DNA from: Lingula anatina
Taxonomy: Eukaryota; Animalia; Brachiopoda
Length of the DNA: 64,000 nucleotides
NCBI GenBank assembly: GCA_051362555.1
Contig: CM120646.1
Span: 6,510,001 to 6,574,000, forward strand
Direction of reading: 5' to 3'
How positions within the stretch are numbered: position 1 is the stretch's first letter; each line of letters begins with the position of its first letter. The notes under the pieces were generated by a model. It made no database searches. It saw nothing but the letters and a program-made list of their open reading frames with translations, and was not told the DNA's origin. The translations under genes were made by a program, and so were the position numbers. This document shows positions 52,932 through 64,000 of the stretch, piece after piece.

Positions 52932-54037
52932 TAAGTTTTAACAGCATCATCACCACCAATCTTTAAAAATATTCTATAAGTATTGTAGCTTTTAGTAAAT
53001 GTGACTAGCAAGGGTCTTCAGGCCCACTGAAGTTCAAAGTCACACCTTGAAAATGTCAATATGTGAACAGTGAACATTTTACAGAAAAGTACATAAATTA
53101 ATAATAATTATAATAATAACAATAACCTGGTCTTTATTTTACTTATACACATCAGTCCTGTAAGTTTGAGGAAAATAGGCCTATCAGTTTCCCTTGAAAT
53201 ATTGCATATGCTATAACATATACCGAAATAAAAACAAAATAACCCAAGACTTTTGAAGAAAATGGTCCAATCAAGTGGATATTTGAAGTCTATTTGAAGT
53301 AGTTTTTTTACCTATATTCATCAGTTTTATAAGATTGAAGACAAAAGGTCAAACAGTTTTCGACTTATCATGCTATTTCTGAAAATGCATAGCGAAGACG
53401 CAGGTGATGGCTACATGTACGATGTGTCTGCACATAAAAAGTAAATACTTTTGACCAGACACTTCATGAATGACGCCTTCAATTAGAAAATTGTACTTGG
53501 TACGGATTGCTCCGCATAGTTTTTATGAATCTTTTTGCAGTTGTTAACCCGAGATGCACTTAGATGATGTAAGCAATGAAATGGTTGTCCTTTGCCTGGT
53601 GGTATGTGTGAATCACTTTGACTTCGTACATTTCACTATATGGTACTGATGTCGAAAGTCACACGTTTTTGATTTACGTAATGCACTGAGCGGTTATTTT
53701 GCAGTCGTACTAAACACTGCAACCGTTTGGCCGTGTATCGTTTAAAGTTAACCTATTAATTGATTGCTTGCACTATATTTTCATGTTAAGGTTTAGGAAC
53801 ATCTATACATTGTTATTTGTGATAGACGGAGCTATAAGAACCCCCCTCCTGTACTGGAGAACCTGGATCCATCTTGGCATAGGTATTAAGCGCGCCAAAG
53901 AACAAAGAATATTGCTTCAGTACACGTTCCATCTTTGCATGTTATACAGATAAAAGGGAATCGCAATGGAAAAACTTCAAAAGTATATATATATATTTTT
54001 TTAACATAATAAAATATAGTTTAATTTGAGGAGCATT

Positions 54038-54435
54038 TGAGTGAGGGGGTCAGCACGAACGGTTCTACCGATAGCAAAGAATTATCACCTACGCGTAATA
54101 CGGTATTCAAAATTAGCTTTGCTTTTGAAAGAATATCACGTTTTAATATTACCTGCATCATTCTGCGGTTCCATTTGGTTAAGGTTCACCTCAGCAGGAG
54201 CATGTCAACGAGTGCAGGTCGTCTGAAGTTTCCAAGGACACTCACAGATGGAACACGTGAAAGCTGTCCCCGCGCTTAGGACGATGTTATTTTTGGTCAC
54301 CATCAGGTCTACAACGTTTCGCGGCAATTGCTTCAATATAGCGTCGACGTTATCCTTAGCTGCTAGTACTTCTTATGAGTGAGGGGGTCAGCGCGAACAA
54401 GATCAGTCTTATCGATAGCAAAGAATTATTACCTA
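54038..54435 (+). repeat. ~55-bp direct repeat pair (54038-54091, 54376-54435)
   Basis: tgagtgagggggtcagc.cgaac...cgatagcaaagaattat.accta occurs twice. Confidence 0.85.
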
Positions 54436-57400
54436 ACAGTTCTGACCTAGAATACTTTTTTTAAAATAGTAACATTGTTTGGATGATTATAGCCCCGGAG
54501 AACTGTTATGATAAGCCTTTAAGGGGAGTCATTTTTAATGGAAAATAAGATATGACAAACGTGGTGCGTCGGAGGTATATTATAATAATGGTAATGTTTC
54601 CTGAGCACGAAATTGGTGCAACTGGAAAATTTCTCGGTTGTCTGTCATATGGTATAAAGTACAGATTTATGAAAATGATTGCAATGCATAACACCATGAC
54701 AACTGACATCGAAATACCTAAAAACTGAATTAATTTATGACGTGTAAAAGCGATTTGTACACCTATACTGAACGCCATTGACAAGGTTTGTCAAGTATTT
54801 TTGGACGAAGCTGTGTTTATCAGATTAACTATCACAGCGTGAGCTGTTTGCTTAATTTAAAGTAGAAACTATATAATGGAGCATTTGTCTCCATGCAATT
54901 GTCAGAAGTTTGCACTTGACAGGATCTGCAGTTGGCCAATTCATAACCAAGTAAAATAACATAAAAGCGGCCTTGTTCGAAACAAACAAACAAACAGTAT
55001 ACCGATATACTGGACACAAAAGCTAGCAAATATATATCCGACGATATATTCTTCAAGATATAAATATCAAAACCTGAAAATGTATTACATGTGCGATGGT
55101 TGACTACCTTATAGCGCATGTATATTGAAAGTAAGTAGAAAAGAGAGGTTTAATCTTGTGAGACGTCATGTAGTGCGTTGACCAGCCGTCGTCGGACCAG
55201 GAAAATATCCAAAGTTTGTTGTCAGATTTTCTGGACTATATATGAATGAAGTTTGCATGACCTAGAAAAATATTCGAAACATGCTTTTTTCTCAATATAC
55301 ATAGAGCTCAGTCCACCTGAAACCATATTCCCCATACAGTGGTCAATTTCATAAGCGTCCTCTTTCCCTTTAAAATATACATCACATCGGTCTTTAAACA
55401 AGTAGACAATACATTCGTTTTGGTACCCTCAGTTTAACACCTAGCATCTACCTAAACCGACTCATTTGATCATCAATACTCTAAATATTATATCCTTATG
55501 AACATTATCATTCCGCCTCAGCAATTGAACAATGTTGTTATATCACTAGGAATAATCACAGTAAAAATAGCTGAACTTCTTGAACTATAATCGCTATAAA
55601 ACGTTCATTCTGAATTAAGCGTAGTAAAGTGTCCGTCTAAATTATCTCCGTAATTTAATAACGTTGTAACCCATCGCCTGTCACTTTGATCATACGCATG
55701 AATAAGGTCTCCCCAAGGACAGCTATAAACTGTAGGTTTTTAATCCTAGATGACAAAGCACATTTTAATCAAATGTGCGAAAAGATCAAGATGATCGTAC
55801 ATTAAGATATTTTCTACAAATTGCATTTTGAATGTAACTCTGTTAGTGTATCTTCTCAATGAAATCTATTGACATGCACTTAATAAACTAATCTATTGAC
55901 ACATTCTGTTTTAGTGTACAATTCTCTACGCAGGCGACAGGGATAATATTTCCTTTTCTCGTGATAAAACGTGTTTTATTTCGAATAAATTTACTTTATT
56001 TTATTTTCATTTGTTTTATTTATCTATTCATTTGTTTATTCATTGTTGTGCAGCAAGATAGATCTATATTTAAACTACACGTAATATGGAGAGTTAAGAT
56101 ATCTATTTTTATTAGAACAAACACGAATTCATGAAAGAATCCATCATTTAATATCACTTTCAAGTCTCGGAGATTGATTTAAAAGGTGTCTCTTATGACA
56201 AGTAAAATAAAAGAATCAGGCAATAAAAAATCATAATCATAAATATGCACGAAAAAAAATGCAAGTGCACTAATTCTTCTAAAGGGAGAATAAATAAATA
56301 ATAGTAACATTAAATGGCTTTAGAAAGGCCTAACCAGACAACCATTTCAACTTTCGTGAATATTCACGCTCTTAGAAAACTGATAAAACGCTTGATCATG
56401 CAGGTGTATCACCCGGCGATGCTTGTCCTTAAAAAGCCCTATTTCTCTATCTGCAATTTCCTCCCCACCGCCTTTGATAAGTTAGGTTTGATTACAAGGT
56501 AAGAACACACTCTGTTACCCCATTAGGTAAACAAGTTGTGCACGTGCATACGTTAACATTAAAGCGACCGTGGATGATTTGCCGGTCTCGCCTTGGACCA
56601 CTTTGAAGTCCCCGCCCACAACGCACCTGGGCAGACTACAGATAGAGAATTAAATGGAGCGCTATAGAATTACGTGAGTGGAACTCTCGATATAGGAAGT
56701 CTATTCTATTTCCTAAAACTGATAGTAAAGTGTGTCACTTTAAAGAGGACGATACGTGAATTATCACACCTGTGATGAATGGAACAAATCGCTCCACGGC
56801 ATATTTCACGCCGGGCGGTGTGATAAATAGAGGGGGTGGCTTAATTTGGGGGTGTTTGATTCAATGTTACCACAGGGGCCAATCCCACAGGTGTGCGTAC
56901 CGAGTTTGGAAGAAAATATTTTCTACAATAACTAACCCAGTGTTATCGTAGTTGTATATTTGCTTTTTGAAATCGAAATAAATTATTCTAGTTTAAGATA
57001 TTAAGTATCTGCACGGTATTTGTCTTGCTAGACATTAAAAAAGTCGGTAATTAGGGTTTTTAATAATTTAGTTAAAAATGCATGTTCTTTCCCTAAAGTA
57101 ATAATTTAGTAATATATATATATTTTAGTAAGACGTTTTATGTATTTCTATAATTCTGAACTGATACACCATCGCTGAATTTCATAAACAAGAGCATAAC
57201 CTTACACGAGACTTTACGTATGCATTCCTACTTTTTCCTTTGAATATAAAATACCAAATATATGTGTTTTCAATAGACTGCCTTACTGAGATGGGCTCAA
57301 TTAATGCCCGCCGTCACAAAAAAAGTCCGTGTCCTACATATCAACCGAAGCATGCAGTTATTATTTAAATTGCTATTAATAACTGAGGAAAAAAACTACC

Positions 57401-57610
57401 GTCGAGCAGCTATAAATTGAGTTAAAATAATCCAATAAAAAAATCCATAGAGCAAATTGTTATTTCAGCATTAAGCATTTAAAACTTAATTAAGGTCCAA
57501 TATTGCTTTGAGCTCTCCAGCTGTAACATGCGTCTCCTTCATACAGTTGCTGTTAAGAACCCGAGTACGACAGTCTTTCTAGACATCGAAAGGTCGTGGG
57601 TCAAATAAAA

Positions 57611-59709
57611 CTATCTACAATAACCTGAAAAAAGAAGCCCTAGTTACAGGAGCGTGGCGTTACATCCATGTTTCCTATCAGCTAGAATATGATCAGTAAT
57701 TTGATCAATGATTTGGTATACCTTACCTTTACAACTAGAACAGTACTGGACACCAGCGTCTTGAACGAGTTGGGTGAAAGCGTCTGTGAGCGCTTTCAGG
57801 TCACTGGGTTCACTTTTGAATATTCCGTTCGCAGGTTTCACTTTTTCGGTGGTAAGTGAGCATACCAATGTCAGGCAGAAAAGTCCGCTTATTCCTTTGA
57901 ACCTGGAAGAGAAACAAAATCGACACTGTATCACCCGTGCGTGAGATGCGATCCTTTATCAATTCTACTCAGTAAAACGGAGGACAGAGGCACTCAGGAT
58001 GTCAAAAAAGAACACTAGGAGTTGATAAGAATGTGTGATGCACTAGATAAAGACGCATTCCAATGGAGAAAGAAGAATAAGTGCTTAGCGGGGTAAACTG
58101 ACTGAGGAAGATTAACGTCATTCAACGGGAAAAAAAGAGTAAGAAAAACTAGACTTGGGTTGAAACACAAGGTACATGTAGACATCTATCACTCGACGCA
58201 CGCATATTGAAGATCTTAACCCCTTTGCACGTAAAAATAGGACGCCATCTTCATGCTACGTTTTCAACGGACGCCATCTTGAAAATGACACGACTGAAAT
58301 TATTATATTTTCCTTGCGTTTACAAAGCTAACGAATACTTAACTCATGTAAAGACATCACCAGCGATTTGAAATAAATAAGAAATTATAAGGTATGTTCA
58401 TGTTTGTGGCGTTTATAAAGCTTTACACAGACCTTTGCTTCATTGATATTTACCACTTGCTTTTTTGCTTAAATAAATAAATTGTCAAGAAATGTCTAGG
58501 TCATGCATTTAATTAATTTTGGTTCTCGATCGGTCCGTATTCAAGTCACAATCTATTATTATATCACCACTCAATATACACTCTGTTTCGGAAGATAGAT
58601 TTACAGTTCATATATATATAATTTCTCATTTTTATTATTCTTATTAATTCATAATACGAATTGTAATAATGCTGTGTCCTTTGCATATTCGGCGCCTTCT
58701 AAATTTAACCACGCATAAAACGAACAAATTGTTTATTTTGTATAAATATATCTTAAGAAATATCAGATAGATGGGGTTTAAACTTTGGATAAAGTTAACT
58801 TCACTAGTTCTTGGGGCACTGCTAGGGTCACAGACATATTCATATGACAGCAAACATGTAAAGGAAATAAGCTTTTAATTCTGAATATTAATTTGCAACA
58901 TCCTGGAGGTTTTTTTTTAATTTAAGTGTAAACATGCTGTTTTAGTAACCATAAACATATGTGTGTTAGCGACACAAAAAATAAGCTGTGCTTAAGATAT
59001 GATGTCATATGTTTCGACACCCCCAATATTAAATATACTAAACTGTATGGTAGATCTATCTATATAAAAATAAAAAACAGCAGTTTTATTTTAAATTATT
59101 TCAATTATAAAATATTACATTTCATACAGTAATTAATATATTAATTAATTCACTTAAAAGATAATTAATTTACTAAATAATTAATATGTTTATATATTAA
59201 TTTATTTATTTATTTATTTATTTATCTAGCCGCTGTGTTATCTGGTTGACTTTTTGCTAGTCGACCGATTTATTATTTAACCTACGTGCTATCAATGCAA
59301 TGTGACTGGATTCCTCATTTTACAATTAAAATATTCATATCATGTGAATATGGAAGTACACCTTACCTCATAGCGTGTACCACCTTGCAGTATACGGATC
59401 ATATGGATTCCGCAGTTGTCCTAGTTTTAACGCAGACATTTACAGTTCAAGGTAGCCTGAAGAAAGCAAAGTGTAGGGTCGGGTGCTCAGGCTTTGTGGA
59501 ATGTAGAACACGCTGAATAATTTGTTTCCATTTTTACCATTTTTAAGTCTCGTAGTAGTCTACTGAGGCGTCTGAGGGTTGCTAAAAGGGCACTCTGCTG
59601 ACTTGGAGATTTTCATACCGGTTGGTGCCTCGAATCAAATACACATAATTCAAGTGACACGATTGATGACTTTCTAGTCATACCTGTGAGATGGATGATA
59701 TTTTAACAT
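57611..59709 (-). CDS. Predicted spliced antisense small ORF, 71 aa (exons 59709-59684, 57902-57727, 57624-57611); could instead be a non-coding miR-993 host transcript
   Basis: Minus-strand donors CAG|GTATGA and AAG|GTAAGG, acceptors TTTTGTTTCTCTTCCAG|G and CTTCTTTTTTCAG|G; the phase-2 first junction joins the ATG to the open frame of exon 2. Product MLKYHPSHRFKGISGLFCLTLVCSLTTEKVKPANGIFKSEPSDLKALTDAFTQLVQDAGVQYCSSCKGYCR*. Confidence 0.4.
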
Positions 59710-60681
59710 TCACACCGTTGAGATTCGCCGTACTCCAAGTATCTCTGAAGATTTTTTTTTCACATTTGACTGTCGCAATCAATGGCGTTGCGGAACCTTG
59801 TTTCGTCACCGAAATACTTCGAAGCTTGTTTTCTTTTCGGTGCCATTATGCACGAAAGAAGAGAGACAACAAATTCTTCCCGTGTGTTGAGATCTTTCTA
59901 CATACCAAGCGCCGAGAAAGATTCACGGCTTGTTGGTGAGGTCTATCAGCTCTCCGACGAAAAATGATGTTTCTCTTGTTAGCCAAGCGTCTTAAAACGA
60001 AGAAACTGATAAGGATGTGATAAAGATTTCAACAACCGACGCGTTAGTACACACAGCATGCTGATGAAAGGTGAAAACGCAGTAAAAGTAGAGTGTTGGA
60101 ATCTTCACTACCATTAAAGAGCTAATTAGTCGTACATGTTGATAACAACACCTGGGCAAGTCAACCTGCGGGGGGTCGACAATAGGACACAGGTCGACTA
60201 GCTGATTACAATCATCAAGTCACAGTCAATTGTTAGGACAAATTTGTTATTGTTACGTTGTTATCTTGATTTAAGCATCTCGTATCCAGCGTAGCGCGTT
60301 GTTTGATTCTCTCGTCTGCGTGTTAGAAAAATGACAAAATATGTCGTCTGCTGGTTGCAAGATGTAAAATATAGCAGGGAATCTGTACGATAATTTGTTA
60401 AAATCTTATTTATAACTCAGTGGGGTGTACTTGAGATTTAATAATACATAGAGACATAATTCGTAGATGCAGCTCCGCGTCGACCCATTAAAATCTCAAG
60501 AGCCACTTGAAGTTGTAATTGTGATGATGGGCTGGGTGGTTTATTCTCATGGCGGTCGAGGGGCACTTCTGCCAGTAGAACAACTCCACTTCTCTAATTT
60601 AGTGTAATTCTTTCCTTTTTTAAGGAAAAACATAATTACTTTTGGGCTTTTTGTGCATCATCATCATCATCATAATAATAA

Positions 60682-60712
<31 letters not shown>

Positions 60713-63520
60713 GAACTATTAGTTTCAATTATTTTCATTGGTCAAAATGTAGAATTTCTTGAAATGAAATTTGTTTAATTTTTCTTGTGTCTCTTGTGAA
60801 AGAGGCCCAAATAATAATGCCATTTATTTGACAATTACCTAAAATAATGTGTTCGATCGTTGAATATACCTTATAAAACTCGCGCAGTGAGATCGTTTAA
60901 TAAGTGTACAATTCCCCGGGTTAATGGGTCGTTTGTATAAATTACGCCTTTTTTAATCTCCATATTTATGTCAGTCCCGCTTTCTAACTTTCAACGTTAT
61001 TAATGAGGCCCAACGTTACAGTTTATTCACGGAAAACGCACTGTGCTTCTTGGTTTATTTAACTTGTTTAATTGTTGTAGCCCACACAGACGATAATAGG
61101 GTTTAATGGGAGTTTAAAATATCAAATTTGCGAGTGTTAACATTAGAGTTTAGTTCTCGTTCAAACAGAGTAAACAGTCGTTTGTCTTTTTGTTGTTTTG
61201 GATTGGAATGATGAGCTGGAACTTAAACATTTTTGAGCTTTTAAATACAAATGTTTTGCTTTGTTCTTTAACTTTGTGTCCGTGGAATTTGGCCAGGCCA
61301 TTTGCCAGTGAATCTATATCTGCAGTTACAGAAATGTTACTTATTTGAAACGATTTTGGAGAATTTAGTTTCAACTATGCGATTCTTATGTCCAGTAAAA
61401 CATTAAGTATGTAAGATTAAAATAAAATAAAAGAAGCCAGAAAAAAAAAAAACGTATAAAACATGTAAATGCATGTAAAACATCTAACACACATGTTTTA
61501 ATTTTAGAACAAAATAGCATTTTATATCTGCATTATTAATATTTAGAATTTACACAGAAGATAAAATTAAATTGAATTATTACTTTAAAACGATGAATTA
61601 AAATGAGATGAAAAACCGAATCAAGCCGATAACTAGTTAAATCACGTTAGATAAATATAAATAGAGCAAATACTGTCTTATATGGAATATATTTATGGAA
61701 ATAAAATAAGATAAATCAAATAAAATGAGATGATATTAAATATGGATAGCTGGATGAGAAAGGCATGAAAATGTCCTGTGTTATCTTTGCGAAACACAGT
61801 CAAAACACAAAGTTTATCAAAATGATTCACACAAGCTGTATTTTATCAGTTCACTTTTAAACAGCATTCCACGCACTAAATTACAAGCCAAACCATCGCA
61901 TTCGCACTGTGGAAAATAGAGTCTTAAGTTGAAGCGGGTCGCTTGTGATCATTCCTTCACGACCTAGGAATAAAGATAACTGGTATCTCTCTAAATCATC
62001 TTGGCAATGCGCAGAAAGGGAGAAGAACACACATTTGACTATGAAAGCTCAATATACTGGAGATAGTACGCTAGGCTGACTCGAGTAATGTGTTTTTCGC
62101 GTGCAAACTCACAAAAACAAATCACATATAGCAGCTTATAAACGGCATTGTAGGCAAGTAGAAGCACAAAGACGGTTACCCTAGCGCGCGCTTTAAGCTT
62201 AAAAAGCCGGGCGGGAAAAGTGAGGATAGAAATGAAAGATATTGATGTCTGGCAAAGGAAGATAATATTAAACGTAATGATGGATCTGTTTCCTTTTTTA
62301 TCACTGATGGACTCTTGTGTGTAAAATGTTCAGAGTTACGGGTAATTAATATCGAATTTGTGAGGAGTTGATGAGGGTTACGCAGGGAATGCGCAACGAT
62401 AAAGTTGATATTTTTATTAGAGGTTGAGGTGCATTTCAAAGGGACGAAGAGCAATTTGTGGGTATGCATTGGATTAACAATATCGTTTTTGGAAAAAACA
62501 GTACAAAACAAAACAAAAAAGTGAACACAAAGGCTTGAGATAGTACATTGCAAACTGAAGTGTTATCTCTTACCTTTAGGTAATAACGAACATTTCGCTA
62601 TCAAAAGAGCATAAAAGAGCCAAAAAATACAATTCTTTTTTCAGTCATTTCACAACACAGCGATATTTAGGTAACACTATCAGTCAGAATTGCGTCCAAG
62701 AACAAATTAATCCCAACCTAATTAAGTGGTGGTTGGGCCAACTTTCCCAATACCGCTGTCTTTTCTGGATTCATATTAAAAAGACCGTCGTTGCTCCCTG
62801 TTGAGAACCAGGTGAGGGTGCGCAGCGGGGCACTTGGAAAAGAAAAGACCATCAATAAATTCCCTATGCGTGTAGGGCACTACACATTTTACCCGCCAAT
62901 TAAAAGAGAAAGGATTTAAACGAGAAAGGAGTCACAAGATAGACAGGTGTGCTGTTCAAAAGGAAAACATTCGATGAAAGGTTAATCTCTTACCGTGACC
63001 TAATTCACAATGGGGGCAGCCATCTTGAAATAAAAAATATGGCGTCAGTGGAAAGAGAACAGATTAAACGAAATTATCATGCACTGAGATACCAATCCTT
63101 TCTAAATGAGTTACAAATGTTCATCAAAACATCTAGTTCCACTTGGCGTCATAATTGCTCACAAAATTGCCTCTTATTGTATTTAATCAATAAGTCCACG
63201 TTAACACGAATAACACATGTTGTTTTCCCCGCAGAGGGGCTAGGAGAGCACTGTGACTTTCTCTAGGGACCCAAAATGACAGCGTTCAGGTAAGTAATGA
63301 CTTACTGAATGCGACTATTAATCATCTGAAACAGTGAAACACTAACTGTGATTATACGGTATGACATTCAAGATGTTATTTAATAAAGACGAACGGCCTC
63401 CTTCGCACGTGAGTACAACGGTCTGGTCAAATAAAGCACTTTTTTTTGTAAGGTAATCATAAACTTAATAATTGAAAAATCTAAATCTAAATAATCTAGT
63501 TGATTTTTAATTTTAAAATC

Positions 63521-63571
<51 letters not shown>

Positions 63572-63572
63572 T
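63521..63572 (+). repeat. (TTAT)13 microsatellite
   Basis: Direct reading. Confidence 0.9.
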
Positions 63573-64000
63573 GTGATGACTGTTAAACGGACTTCAAATA
63601 AAGCCCATCTAAAATTTCTAAAAATAATTAGGAACCAGTTAAAGAAAAAAATAATAATTACCCGGACTTTTTGTCATAAAGAGCATTCTACATAATTTTA
63701 TAAATGGATCATGGTTATTCATATTTTAACAATTATACAATTACTTGTAGTAGCTTTCCAAATCGGACTATCTAAATGTTAGAAACCCTCTGTTAATGTC
63801 CGCGTGCATTCTTCATTATTCTAAGGTAATGCAATTGATTCCCCCTGCTAAATATAGCTCTTCTGCGCCAGGTTACAATACTTAGATCACATGCAACCGT
63901 TCACATGGTTTTGAACGCCTTACTAAAAAAAAAAAATTAGTACCTTTGAGTTTGGAAGTGGGGTGTAATAGAAAAGCCGTTTTATGCCACGAAATTGCCG

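Noticed and set aside
44000-64000. Search for a Hox3/zen homeobox, tRNA or rRNA
   Set aside because: No YPWM or WFQNRR in the ORF track here and no recognisable tRNA or rRNA.

Overview
AT-rich, intron-containing animal DNA from the anterior/central part of a protostome (most likely lophotrochozoan) Hox cluster. On the + strand, in canonical order: the last (homeobox) exon of Hox5/Scr (511-794), the miR-10 hairpin (~20392-20466), and a complete two-exon Hox4/Dfd gene (30263-30656 + 38574-38887, 235 aa, 7.9 kb intron). A miR-993 (miR-10 family) hairpin lies on the - strand (~50958-51024). No Hox3 homeobox is visible, so it probably lies beyond the right edge. Most interesting unexplained signals: (1) strong minus-strand splice sites upstream of miR-993 that splice in frame into a 71-aa ORF with a signal-peptide-like start and Cys-rich end, a candidate antisense miR-993 host or small-protein gene; (2) a Hox4 promoter/5'UTR motif series resembling the vertebrate Hox4 promoter as I recall it, with a second copy of the same CCAAT/E-box module 5 kb upstream of miR-10; (3) a ~3.5 kb decayed coding-like island just after Hox4. 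Also present are a triplicated 0.5-0.7 kb segment, two MITEs, a 39-bp minisatellite and many microsatellites. All calls were made by eye, with no database searches.
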